From Callorhinchus milii (lineage: Eukaryota), in NCBI RefSeq assembly GCF_018977255.1, contig NW_024704742.1:98024001-98088000 (forward strand): 64,000 bases of DNA. Direction: 5' to 3'. This document shows positions 38,351 through 51,392 of this stretch, piece by piece. Position numbers and translations under genes: made by a program. Numbering within the stretch: position 1 is the first letter of the stretch; each line of letters starts with the position of its first letter. The notes below the pieces were generated by a model. The model was not told the DNA's origin. It made no database searches and saw only the letters and a list, made by a program, of their open reading frames with translations.

Positions 38351-40127
38351 GGAGGGAGTAGACAGGTCGGTTGGCCATAACACTGGGAGAAACTCCTCTT
38401 TTCAATTACCTGAACAGGCTTAACACCTCATCTGAAGGATGGCACCTCCAACAACGCAAACGCCCCTAGAACTGTATTGGTGTGTCAGCCTTTAATGTAC
38501 GAGTTCAATGTACCAATGTGGGGCTTGAACCCACAGCTTCTGAAACGGAGGCGAGAGTGCTACCAACCGAGCCAGAGTGACACACTAATGAAAGTTGTCC
38601 TCATTTATCAGAACACAGTTGGTTTGTGTGTATTTCATTTTGTGAAAATGACAATCAACTGGAAATTCCTTAAATCACAGACAACGAAGGCAAAACATTA
38701 AGGTCATATTTAACGATGTTAAACGACTGACATAATTCAAAATTCTGTCTTTTTTTCAAATACAATGGTGTCTGATGTCATTGAATTATATTGCATGAAA
38801 AATTAAGCAACCAGGCTGGATTATTTTTCAGAGGGGAAATTAGCTTAAATCCCTAGAGGCAACCTACTGGTAATCTGCAACATTTTATACAAAAGTAGCC
38901 TATTAATCATCCAACTCGCAGCTTTTATTATTACAGGCATCATAAAAGCACTGATAACTGGGCATTAACAATGAGGCACAGTGTGTTCTGCACAAGATAT
39001 TGATTTTTAATATAGTTTGTGATTTATGGAAACAAGGGTCAAGTGGAATACAAAATAAACTGATTAGGAGTTAAAGAAAGTACTTTAGTCATTGAGTCCC
39101 ACTCATAAATTATATTCATCCAATTTGATAAGTACTTGACCGCTGCTCTGTGCCTCGTTTGTTGAGATCAAAGAGGTACTAAAAACATTAATAAGCAAAT
39201 GGTTCATGGTTCAGTTGGCCATACTCTTGCTTCTGAGGCAGAAGGTCGTAAGTCCATACTTACGGCCACCTCCCCCCATCCCGGCTCGGAGTCAGGCTCC
39301 GGCACTGTTAAACACTCTGAGATGCTACCCTGCATGGAGGGCACTATATATATACAAGTTGTTGTTGTTTTTCCTCGGAGAAAAAGCTGCACTTCCCACT
39401 TCTCAAACTGCCAGTGATCTTATCAGGCTGTTTTGCAGAGAAATAGCTTTTGGGAGGCTTCTGCCCACTCTCTGTTTCTTAGTTTTGAGATAAGCAGATG
39501 TCTGAATCTCAGATGGGACAATGGCATGAACCTAGAAATTGAATGAGGGAAAGTTATCAGAATCTCACCTCAGCCTGGGTTAAGCCAATATGTTTTTACC
39601 TTTGCTAATGCTAATTAGCACATGTACCCAGGAACAGAACAGGAGAAAAGCTAAGGAATGCTGACACTGATTACCACAACCCCCTCAGGGGGCCTGAGCT
39701 AGTCATTAAAACAAACATTTTTGTCCATGTCCTAGTAACTAAAAAATGCTATCCTAAAAAGATTATACATGTTTGGTTACATTCTAAAAGGTATATAAAG
39801 ACTAATTAAAAGCCTTAAAAACATTAAGCATTACAAATATAATCTTACACATGCTATTGCAGTACTTGGAGAGGGCAGCATTGTCATAGGTCTCATCCTA
39901 CAGACAATGCATTTAACTCAAGGATGCCATCAATTGAATGTTAAAGATCCCATGATACTATTGGAAAAGAAAAGTGAATATCTTCTGGTATCCTGAACAG
40001 AAATCCTCCAGATTAACTGGTCATTCATCTCATGGCTGTTTGAAGGATTTTGCTCCATGCAAATAAATGGCTGCTGCAATTTCCTGAAAAAAACATTCAC
40101 TTAAATGGTGAACTTAATGGTTTACAT

Positions 40128-40702
40128 AACAGCAACAACAAAAACTTGCACTTATACAGCACCCTCCATTCAAGGTAGCATCTCAGAGCACTTAACAGTG
40201 GTGGAGCCTGTCTCAGAGCCGGGGGGAGGGGGAGGTGGCCATAAGCACGGTCGATCAGGAAAGTTTTCAGGCAGGACTTGAAAGAGGGGAGAAAGGGAGC
40301 AAGGAGGAGGGATTGAGTGAGAGTGTTTCAGTTTCGAGGCATAGTAGCTGAAAGCACGAACCTCCAATGGTGGGGCGGAGGGTGCAAGGAACAAGCAGGA
40401 GGCCGGTGCCAGTTGAGCGGAGGCGCTGGGTGGTGGATTGTAGAGTGAGGAGGTCAGAGAGGTAGGGAGGTGCCAGGGAGTGAATGAATTTGAACACGAG
40501 AGTGAGGATCTTGAATGTCGATCCGTTTGGTGATGGGGAGCCAATGGAGCCTGGCCAGAACTAGCGAGATATGGGTACGGAGTTTGGTCTGGGTCAGTAT
40601 GCGGGCAGCAGAGTTCTGAATGAGCTGGATCTTGTGAATGGTGGAGCTGGGAAGACCGGCAAGGGTACATTTGAGTAATCCAGGCGGGAGGTGACTAAGA
40701 AG
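40128..40702 (-). mobile_element. L2 LINE 3' fragment
   Basis: VTSRLDYSN...IQLIQNSAARILTQTKLRTHISLVLARLHWLPITKRID. Confidence 0.9.
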
Positions 40703-42340
40703 TGGATGCAAGAAATGCTGCAGTATCGGAGGAGAGCGTAGAGGAAATGGATAGGATAAGTATAAACAGAGTGGAAGTACTGAAAAGGTTGACTGCGCTG
40801 AAGGTAGATAAGTTGCCTGGTCCGGATGGGATGCAACCGAGGTTACTATGGGAGGCACTGGTACAAATAGCGGAGGCTTTGGCTACAATTTTTCAATCTT
40901 TGTTGGACACAGAGGACTGGAGAGTGGCCAATGTGACTGCCCTGTACAAAAAGGGACAGAAGGACAAACCTGGGAACTACAGGCCAGTCAGCCTTACATC
41001 AGTAGTGGGGAAACTCCTGAAGACTATAATCCGGGACAGAATAAATCTTCACCTAGAAGAATATGGGTTAATTAGGGACAGCCTACATGGATTTGTTAAA
41101 GGCAAATCTTGTCTAACAAATCTAATAGAATTTTTCGATGAGGTAACGGGGAGGGTGGATAAAGGTAGTGCAGTTGATGTAGTTTATATGGACTTTCAAA
41201 AGGCATTTGTCAAAGTGCCACATGAAAGACTTATAAGAAAGTTAGAAGCCTATGGTATAAAGAGTGGCAGTGTGGATCCAGAACTGGCTGGGAGACAGAA
41301 AGCAGAGAGTTGTGGTGAACGGCTGCTTTTCTGACTGGAGGGAAGTGTACAGTGGCTTCCCCCAGGGATCGGCATTAGGACCACTGCTCTTCTTAATATA
41401 CATAAATGATTTGGACTTGGGAAGAGCAAGCACCATTTCCAAGTTTGCGGACGACACAAAGTTAGGTAGGGTGGTAAACAGTGAGAAGGATAGTAGCCAA
41501 CTGCAGGAAGACACAGACAGAATGGTAAAATGGGCAGACACATGGCAGATGAGTTTCAATGTAGAGAAATGCGAGGTAATGCATTTTGGTAGAAAGAATG
41601 AGGGGAGGCAATATAGGCTGGAAATATAATCTTAAGGGGGGTAAAAGAACAGAGAGACCTGGGGGTGCAGGTAAATGAATCCTTGAAGGTGGCAGGACAG
41701 GTAGATAAGGCTGTAAAAAGGGCATATGGGATACTAGGCTTTATAAATAGGGGCATAGAGTACAAGAGTCAGGAGGTTAGGATTAACCTATATAAAACAC
41801 TGGTTAGGCCTCAGTTGGAATACTGAGCCCAGTTCTGGGCACCACACTATAGGAAGGATGTTAAGGCATTGGAAAGGGTGCAGAGGAGATTTACAAGTAT
41901 GGTACCAGGAATGAGGGACCTTGATTATGAGGAAAGGCGAGTGAGGCTGGGATTATCCTCATTGGAGTAGAGAAGGTTACGAGGAGACCTAATGGAGGTC
42001 TTCAAAATCATGAGGGGATTTGATAGGTTAGAAAGGGAAAAACTGTTTCCACTGGTGGGTGTGTCGGTGACTCGAGGTCACAGATTCAAAATAGTATCTA
42101 AAAGAAGCAGAGGGGACGTGAGAAGAATTTTTTGAATCTGGAACGCATTGCCTGAAAAGGGTGATTGAGGCCGATTCGATAACTACTTTTAAAAACGCGG
42201 TGGACGGGTATTTGAGGAGGACGGGTTTGCAGGGTTATGGGGAAAGGGCTGGGGAGTGGGATTGACATTAATTGCTCTAATCAAAGAGCCGGCACAAACT
42301 TGATGGGCCGAATGGCTTCTTTTCGTGCTGTATGATTCTA
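40703..42340 (+). mobile_element. CR1 LINE fragment (RT domain to 3' end)
   Basis: PGPDGMQPRLL...GNYRPVSLTSVVGKLL...KSCLTNL...VYMDFQKAF...PQGSALGPLLFLIYIND...FADDTKLG; ends TATGATTCTATGA. Confidence 0.95.
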
Positions 42341-42552
42341 TGAGGAGGCCAGACCCGGAGGAACGAAGGCAACGGGTACTGTTTTGAGGAGGGAGGTAGG
42401 GGGGTGCAGAGGAGTGCAGGGACTTGAATACAAGGGTGAGGATCTTGAAATTGATCCTCTCTGGAACAGGCAGCCAGTGCAGTCTGGCAAGGACTGGGGT
42501 GATCGGGGAGCGGAGTTTGGTGCGGGTGAGAATGCGGGCGGCAGAGTTTGAA
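42341..42552 (-). mobile_element. L2 internal fragment
   Basis: NSAARILTRTKLRSPITPVLARLHWLPVPERINFKIL. Confidence 0.88.
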
Positions 42553-43249
42553 ATGTAAGCTTTGTTCTCAATGCACCTGAATCCATAGTCTGCGGCGAGA
42601 TTAAGGAAGTTACTGTGTAACACTGAATACCAGGTTATGTCGCAGCCATTGGTTAGCCTTTGAGTAGCCTTATAACTAGTTTTTGCAGTGCTTCCTTGAG
42701 GCTAAATCTTTTAAATATGTTGCATTTTCTTAAAGGGTTTATGTCTTGAGGAGGGAGGGTCCCTTTTTTGTTTCGGAACAGTTTTCCAATAAATGACCCT
42801 CTATCAGGTCACACCTTAATCTCAGTTCTCGTAAGAAAAGCCCTACCCAGTATATATAAAAAAACTTCCAATAGGTTTATATAAACACAATCCTCTAACA
42901 GTTATTTTAGTTTCTGTGTTACTATAGTTGTGCAAAAAAACAAATCTTTGAGACTGAATTTGTTTCTCTACGAGGGAGGTGACATTAATCCTTCCTTCAG
43001 CAGGTCTGTTGGCAATGAGCACAGCCTGGTTCATCAGCAGGAGTTTAAGGGACAGACCAATCACTGGGAGTAGGGATTCTTCCCATTAAGTTCCTGTTAA
43101 CCCTGCAAGCCAAAGACCTAACGGGTCCGAGCTGGACAAGCAGCGGGAAACTTGCCAAACTTGCTTTCAATGGCAAGCTCTACAATTTTAGCTGGTTAAA
43201 TTCCATCATATGCTATAGGATCTCCAACTACAAAATTGATGATAGAGTG

Positions 43250-43700
43250 ATCGAATAAGGTCTTCAAGATTATTACAGATTTATGCAAGGATAAATAGAA
43301 ACAGATTATTTCCACTGACCTGTGATTTAGTACACTGTACACTGTACACTGTCCAGCCCTTGGGATGTGCTTCCGACGTGAAAGGCGCTATACAAATGTA
43401 ATCTTGTTGTTAGTAATAGGAGGACATAAATTGAAATTAACCACAGAAGGAATTAAAGGTTAGAATGAGAAAACAGTTGTTTGCACATTAGGTGGTGAAA
43501 TTCTCTACTATATTATTGAATCAGAGTCCATGAATTATTTTGAAGGGGATTCGATGGATGGTTGAAAAGAGGAATATTATAGGTTACGGGACCTGGACAG
43601 TGAGATTGGATTATACGACTCAAGTGGAGAAAACATCAATGCAAACTGGATGCACTTAATGACCTGTCTCTGTGCTGTAACTTTCTATGATTCTATGATC
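43250..43700 (+). mobile_element. Old CR1 3' end carrying a short L2-tail insertion
   Basis: Ends CTGTGCTGTAACTTTCTATGATTCTATGA; insert 43333-43409 is flanked by TTAGTA. Confidence 0.7.
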
Positions 43701-44915
43701 CAGATATCAAAATGTATTAATTCGATGCACATCATCGACAATACTGTTCCTTGTAAAATAAGCATTTTTTAAAAAAAAGTGTGAGAAATGATTGATTTTT
43801 CTCCCTCATGAAAGGAGCTTTAAGTTTATACCTTTAATTACATTTTACTTGCCTACAAAATGCAATGACTACACTTCCCAGAAAATCCCATGAGATGCTA
43901 TGGAGATGTTTCAATGATGTGATGAGGCGGGTGTTGTGTCAAATACAAGGGATATTATTATTATTAATTAGGAACCAACCAAGTCTTTGATTTCTTAATT
44001 TGGATGTAACTCTTCTTAAATGTGCAATTCTTGAACACATTTTAATTATCGTTTGAAAAAGCAGTGAACACTTAATGAATCCAATAAAGGAGGTGCAGTA
44101 TAAACTCAGTGTAAGGCTCTAAAATCTACTGCAAACCGTTTAATTATGCTGAGGTAATGAACTTGTACAGTTCACTTGGTTCTTGCTAAATGTTGATTTT
44201 GATCAGTTCTTAGCTGTCATGTATCGGTGAATTTTGCACAGTTCCAATTGAATAATACATTACCCAAAGACAGGTTTACTCTGGTTACAATGCTGTTTTC
44301 TATGGAATGCAGATATACCTGTCTAGGGTCTTAACTGTTGACCCGCTTTACTAGTGTGAGTGTGTGTAACGCTAATATTTAACTATTTGTATACTCAGTG
44401 TCTTCTGCACATTTCATTTTACTTGTATGTAATATCCTCCATACATCTGTGCATTTTAAACACTACACTTTATATAATGGAAATGATAATATGTGCGAAG
44501 ATGATTGAAAATATCTAGATACTGCATTCCTTTACTGTAATAAGTCTTGGTGCAGTCCTGAAAGAGTTAAATGCATATCACTATATTTTTCTTGAAGTGT
44601 GCACTTTTTCCATTAAAAACTCAATTAGGACCATGTGAAGCCTTTCCTAGCACTTTAAGTGAAAGTTTCTGATGCTGGAGATCACCTTCGAAAGACAGAC
44701 TGGGGCTGAAGAGTCTTGACAAAAGATCAGCATTTGTTTTGTGAAACTTGCTACTTAATTGTGTGTGAATCTGCAATCTGAAAAAGAGTAAATCTGTGTG
44801 CGGGGATCTTTGTGGTCAATCCTATTAGTGACACGTGTAAAAGATTGTTTTGCTGCTTGAAGAAATAAGAAGGAAACTTTAAAATTATGTAGATTTTTTT
44901 CTCAAACACAAAAAT

Positions 44916-44918
44916 ATG
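44916..44918 (+). CDS. TRPM6: TRPM6 putative coding exon 1 (ATG only)
   Basis: AAAAAT ATG|gtaagt: consensus donor, A at -3, phase 0 compatible with exon 2, in-frame TAA upstream at 44880. Confidence 0.65.
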
Positions 44919-46362
44919 GTAAGTTAATTTATTTGGATAAAACAGTCAACCTTGTAGGTAACTGCAGTTATCATATTTTGAAATATTTTGACAAAGTTGA
45001 CATTTTGTATCAGTGTCAATATGTATGTAGGTATTGATTACTGATTTAATAATGCATGTTTTCTTATAACTTTTTTATTGAAATGTTAACACTGGAAAGT
45101 GTAGTAATATGAATGTGCTTAATTGTGAATGTTAAACCAGTTTACTTTGTTCTGTTTTGATTGAAGCTGTTGTGTTAATGACATGTTGTCCTTTGAATCC
45201 ATTATGAAACATCACATCTCTCATCCCCAAGGTATATATGTTGCAGTTTATTCATATTAATTATTCACCTTAACCTTTATCAGACAAAATGGTGGAATGT
45301 TTATCCATGATACCTAAAAATGAGCTGTAACTCCCAAACCATGTCATAATATGTATGACATTAAGATTAACCAGAGATATACACTATCAATGACATTCCT
45401 TCTATGCTCAAGCCCATTTCCTTTTGGCTGTGGCTGCCCTAACTTTTGTTTCCCTCCTAAAAGTCTCCAGATTGTAACATTAATTGGTCGATATCTGCCT
45501 AGATTCAGTGTTAAGTGACAGCATATCAATGGGAGGCTACGTGCTTTTAGTTGGTCAGACTCCAGCAGTATCCCAACGCACACTCTGGGGTGTCTTGGCT
45601 CTTGCCAATCTGCGAGTAATTCTTTACGGAATTAGATAAGCAGGATATGTCCCTCCAGGGAGAGAATGTGCAAAAAAAAATACACTTGATGGAGCAACTG
45701 TCAATCAGATTGGGGCATGTAACCCTGAAAAGAAAAAATACTTGAAAAGAAAAAAATTGCAGGTCTATGGGGAAAGTGCGGGGGAGTGAGACTAATTGGA
45801 TAGATCTTTCGAACAACCGGCACAAGCATGATGGGCTAAATGGCCTCCTTTTGTGCTGTAGGATTTTATGATTCTACAAATTGTAGCCTTTCACAAAGCT
45901 CTAAAGTCTGAGAATTTAGTCTGGGCAGAATAACATGGTCAGAAGCATTACCTTGCTGACAAATTCAAAAAGCATCATTGGCTTTGAAATTTTAGATGTA
46001 GATTGTTATTTCTTTATTATACGTTTTTCAAACAAGTAGCTATAAAAGATATTGACAATAAGACACTTCAAAGATTAACTAAAGAATTTGAACAATGTGA
46101 AGAAAGTAACTGTGAAAGTAACCTATACACCAAGAGGCTGAAGGATTTACATCTCAGAAACTCGATTGGATATTCCCCCCCAAATGCCAATCTGTACAAG
46201 AAAAGATAATTTTTATTTTTCACCTATGGATTATCCATATTTTACATTCTACAGAATTATTTCAAATTAATGTCTGATGCACATAATACTGGATTATGGG
46301 CCAAATGGGGAGTATCCAGTCAGAGTATTGAATGAATAATTAATTACTTTTTTTATCTCTAG

Positions 46363-46442
46363 CCCCAAAAATCGTGGATTGAAGGAGTTTTCTTTAAACG
46401 AGAATGTGCAAACATTATACCCAGTTCAAAAGATGCACACAG
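46363..46442 (+). CDS. TRPM6: TRPM6 coding exon 2
   Basis: ctctag|CCC CAA AAA TCG TGG...CAC AG|gtgaga; PQKSWIEGVFFKRECANIIPSSKDAHR. Confidence 0.95.
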
Positions 46443-47135
46443 GTGAGAGATGTTTCATCAGTCCTAATATCCAGATGATCACTTCTATTCATGTGATTCA
46501 GATATTAAGCCTATAGCAGGCCTTCATTGCAGTGTACTGCTGTTGCAGCATAACAATATTTAAAAGTTTACAATGACAGGGCCCAGGTAGCAACGATGAA
46601 GGATTTTGCTGGTTCTGAGTTTTATATCAAAAATTTTGGTCACAAAACAATAACAACTTGCATTTATCACTAGAAGCATCTTTGAGCGGTGAAAGCTACT
46701 CCTAACATAATACAAATTAGTTCTATAATTAGCAATTACACTTGAACTAAGTATAGAATGCCTGGTATAAGAAATAGACATGCCCAATGTTGGGTCATGG
46801 GAGGAAGTACCATTCTGAGCCTAGGATTAAATGTACATTGTGTACATTCTTGGGGTACAGTAGAAAAAGTTTTCAATGTATTTCATCTTCAAGTGCCTGA
46901 AGCTGGTACTGAGGAAAATAATGATAATAATCGTTGCATTTGATATAGTGTTGTATCATCTCATCGAATTGTTGCAGGATAGGCAAAAAGTGTTCCATTC
47001 TCCAGCACTAAAATCATTTACCTTAATGCGTGCAAAAGAAAATCATCAAAGAGGGAAAATATTTATTTTGTGACTGTTGTCAGACATGTTGTTTAAATAT
47101 AAATCTTATTTAAATATAAATCTTATTTATCATAG

Positions 47136-47174
47136 GTGTCTTCCACGATGTCAGATTTGCCAGAACCTTGTCAG
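47136..47174 (+). CDS. TRPM6: TRPM6 coding exon 3 (39 nt)
   Basis: catag|G TGT CTT CCA CGA TGT CAG ATT TGC CAG AAC CTT GTC AG|gtaagg; CLPRCQICQNLVR. Confidence 0.93.
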
Positions 47175-48760
47175 GTAAGGTCACTTTATTGCAGAATCAT
47201 TTACAGAATAATTCATACCACAGAATGAAGCCATTCAGTCCATTGAGTCTGTACTAGCCCTCAGAGCAAGCTACACTTTCAATCTCATTTCCCTGCCCTA
47301 TCTCCAAACCCCTTCAAGCATTTAACTTTCAAATACTTGTCTACTTCCCTCTTGAAACCCACAATGAACTTTGCCTTTACCAACTTACTTGACAGGCATT
47401 CCATATCCTAACAAATCTCTTTGCAAAAAAAAATCTCCTTAGCTCTTCTTTCGATCTTCTTGTAACTATCTTAAATTCATGGCCTCCAGTCACTGACTGC
47501 CCTACCATTTTCATTAATTAACCACATTTTTAAAAAAAACATATAAACCATAATGGATTGTTTTTCTTATCGGATTTTATGAATCTCAGGATCAACCTTC
47601 ATGAAGCGAATGTGCCTGAATGCTTTCCATTCAAACCAAGCTTAGGAAAGCATTGTCACAAGATCATAATGTACTTCCAGTGGTCAAAGTGTAATTGAAA
47701 ATAGTAGGAAAAGTTACTCTTTGCTTAAATTCACCTGGAAGGTGAAGTGTTAGAATTAACAGGTGTGAGAGAGAACATTTATACAGTACAACTCTTACAC
47801 CAATCAAAACACACTAGGTGGAACACAGGTTGAATATTGCTTTGACATCTTAAGGAATCTTGGCTGGATATACATAATAACATAATAAAACATCACATAC
47901 ACAAAAGAGAAACTAAGAAACAAAACTGTACAAATATTTAACAAAACTCAACTCAAAGCCTCAATCTATGTGGCATCCAATTCAGCACTTTCTTCAACCA
48001 ACACACCTTGCATGAACCGTATCTCTTTGAAGTTATTGGGGGTTATTTTCCACTTGTCAATAATGTAGCAACTTTGCATCCTACCCTGAATGCTACCAAA
48101 ACATACAGTGTATAATGTTACCAACCTTCAGTGCATGCTTATAAAGTAATGTTTCCATCAAAACAATAACCCCACTTACAAAGAGAGTGTCACTTCTCTT
48201 GACACTATTGCATGCATATTGGTTATTTACAACGCTAGCATTTCCAGACTTGCTGCACTTGTGTGGTGTAATACTTATATAACATTTACAATATTAATTA
48301 ATATATTATTGATATTAATATACCATATCCAGTTGGAGTAGAATATTTGCCTACTATAATCTTGTCTATCTACTTCACATCTTCACTCAGCGTTACCAGC
48401 ATTGCAGATTCTTAAAGGATCTTTCTCTCTAGTTTGCCATCACCCACGTTCCCAGGCATTTACTGTTCGCATTCTTAACCCATTGTTCTGTTTGCCCTCA
48501 AATTGGAGGTTCACTACAAGTTGAGAAAAAACATAACTAGAATAAACATATCTTACAAATAAGTAGGAGGGATGTTTGCTTTGACAAGATATTCAGTTTG
48601 TCAATTTCGAAAAGATGAATGAGATTCAATCTCATAACTTTATGATCCCAAGGCCAGTGTTCAGCCAATTAAGTTGGATGGGATATTCCACTTCAAATGA
48701 ATCAAAAACAAATGTTTTGGACAATATTGAACTCTATCTGAATCTTGTGTCCGAATCCAG

Positions 48761-48941
48761 ATGTTGCTGTGGTCGGCTGGTTAGGGATCACCCCAGTGTG
48801 GATTGCACCTTGCCGGTCTATCTTTCAGCCCTTGGAGATGAACAGGAGGAGTGGTGTGTTGAGAAACACACCCAGAAAAGTCCAACTGATGCCTTTGGTA
48901 CTATTGACTTCCAGGATGGGTCTCATTCCTCTCGAGCAAAG
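48761..48941 (+). CDS. TRPM6: TRPM6 coding exon 4
   Basis: tccag|A TGT TGC...AAG|gtttgt; CCCGRLVRDH...EWCVEKHTQKSPTDAFGTIDFQDGSHSSRAK. Confidence 0.95.
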
Positions 48942-49792
48942 GTTTGTGGGACTTCTATAGGCAGTAGATACAGAAATCAGAAAACATGGGATATTGGGCC
49001 AAGCTGTCTACTAACAAACATAAGGCGGCTTTGGTCACCTTCCTCTCCCTCCCCCTGGCTCGGGCCCGTGATCCATTACTGTGGAGCACTCTGAGATGCT
49101 GTTAGGCGTGGAGGGCACTATATAAATCCAAGTTGTTGTTGAAATTTGTGGTATCACATGTGATGGCTATCAGCTGGGTTGATGGGGAGCGATGATTTAA
49201 CACTTCTTCACTGAATAGTGGTCTAATCTTACTTTTAAGAGTATAACATTAAAATTAAAAAGCTGTTCCAGTGGCCTGGGATTCAAAAACAATACCTGTT
49301 GTGAAGGTGAATCACTCAGAGGATAATAAATGTTTGGAACAGGTTGCCAGGATAGTTGAGGCCAAGATACTGGACTCATTTAAAAAGCAGTTTGATACTG
49401 TGAGGTGGGTAAGAATGGCAGGGTGGATGTTCTGGAGGGATGGACCGAACATCTTGTGATCTTGTATTCAATGGTGCCTTTATTCAGTTCTGAGCTGGAT
49501 TGGTGGGAGAAACCATTCTCTCGAAATGGTGATACAGGAGCGGATCAATCCCAAGCCAGTTTCAAGTACAAGAAAAAAATTACTGTGAAATCTGTTCTTG
49601 TTATGTACCGTACATCCCATTCTCCTCCCCCACATTTAGAAATGATTAGTAAACTGTATACACCTGGTTCAATCATCAATTTCAGCAATTGCTTTTCGGT
49701 AACTAAAGATTATCGAAAATTGGAGGGACATTCCAGCACTCAGTTCTTTTGTTACCTTATTTTTCCACGGTATGCTCTTTCTCTGTCTCCAG

Positions 49793-50006
49793 TATATTAG
49801 AGTCTCGTACGACACTAAATTGGACCAGTTATTACATTTGATGGTGAAGGAATGGCTAATGGAATTTCCAAAGCTGCTTATATCTGTTCATGGAGGCATC
49901 CAGAACTTTGAGCTTGCCCCAAAGGTAAAACAGGTCTTTGGGAAAGGACTTATCAAAGCAGCTGAGACCACCGGAGCCTGGATAGTGACTGAGGGCATCA
50001 ACAAAG
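49793..50006 (+). CDS. TRPM6: TRPM6 coding exon 5
   Basis: tccag|TAT ATT...AAA G|gtactt; [21 protein letters not shown]...SVHGGIQNF...[17 protein letters not shown]. Confidence 0.97.
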
Positions 50007-50074
50007 GTACTTTGGGTTCTGTTAATTGAAGAATTATAGTTGAGATTCAGGACATTAACAGTGAAATGGCATGT

Positions 50075-50478
50075 GCCAACCTGGCTCAGTTGGTAGCACA
50101 TTCAGTTCCTAGACAGAAGGCTGCGTGTTCAAGCCCAATGTTAGGACTTGGAATTGATATAATCTTGGCTGACACTCCAGTGCAGTACTGGGGATGTGCT
50201 ATATTGTTGAAGGGCCATCCTTCGGATGAGTCTAAACTGAGTTCCCATCTGCCTGTTCAGAAAGATCCCATTGCAAAAAGGGAAGGCAACAGTCCCCCAA
50301 ATAAAAAAAAATGGTCAGTAACTTCATGGGTGTTTGTGCGACATTAGTGTGTGCAAATGGGCTGTTTCATTCATCCACGACATACACAGTCATTGCACTT
50401 TACCATGTATCCTGTGAAGCACTTTGAGACATCCTCCTGACATGAAAGGTGCAATATCAAATGTAAGGATTATTATCA
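50075..50478 (+). mobile_element. Older tRNA-headed SINE
   Basis: GGCTCAGTTGGTAGCAC...GTTCAAG head, core, L2-type tail. Confidence 0.7.
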
Positions 50479-51267
50479 AAATAACAAATGAGGAAGTGAG
50501 GAGCCACCTGTTCAATCAGCACAGGTTTATTCTCACAGGAGAAACATCAACAGACCAACAGCAACAACTTACATTTATATAGCATCCTTCATGCAGGGTA
50601 GCATCCCAGAAAGCTTGACAGTGGCAGAGTCTGACCCCAAACCAGGGGAGAGGGAGGGGGCAGGTGACCGTAAGCACGATCTAACAGTGACATACCACAG
50701 TCCTTATACAATGCAAATTGAAGGGCTGCAGGCATTTGGGTTCAGGCCCGACTGTGCAAAGTGCAATGACTGTGCAACCCCTCTTACATGCGGCTTCACA
50801 ATCCCCCCCCATGTTCTAGACACCCATGCCAGCCTATGGCTCAGACAACTTTGTTCCCTGGCTAAGCTCCAGAGGGGAAAGAGAGAGAGGTTTGAGGGCT
50901 CAATGACACCCTTTAAACCCGCACAAGCTCTGCACCTCTCTCAGGTACAACCAAAGGGCTTCATTCCCAGTGTCTGTTACAATACTTACAAACCAATATG
51001 TGTGAGATTTATAGTAACGCGTATTTACTGCATATTTCATAGAATCATAGAATAATACAACACGGAAGGAGGCCATTCGGCCCATTGTGTCTGTGCCGGC
51101 TCTTTGAAAAGAGCTATCCAAATCAATTCTACTCCCCATAGCCCTGCAAACTTGTCCTCCCCAGTAATTGTAGGTTAACTTATCAAGTTAAATGATGGGC
51201 TATGTGTGACAAATGTTTTATTTGTGTGATACTTGCAACAACTATGTGCCTTCTGGTTTTGGATCAG

Positions 51268-51392
51268 GAACTTCTAGACATGTCGGAGATGCCCTCAGAG
51301 ATCATGCTTCCTATTACCTGCGAAAGATCTGCACAGTGGGAATTATGCCATGGGGAGTTATCGAAAACCACAGAGACTTGATAGGAAAAGAT
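51268..51392 (+). CDS. TRPM6: TRPM6 coding exon 6 (GC donor)
   Basis: atcag|GA ACT TCT...AAA GAT|gcaagt; [41 protein letters not shown]. Confidence 0.92.
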
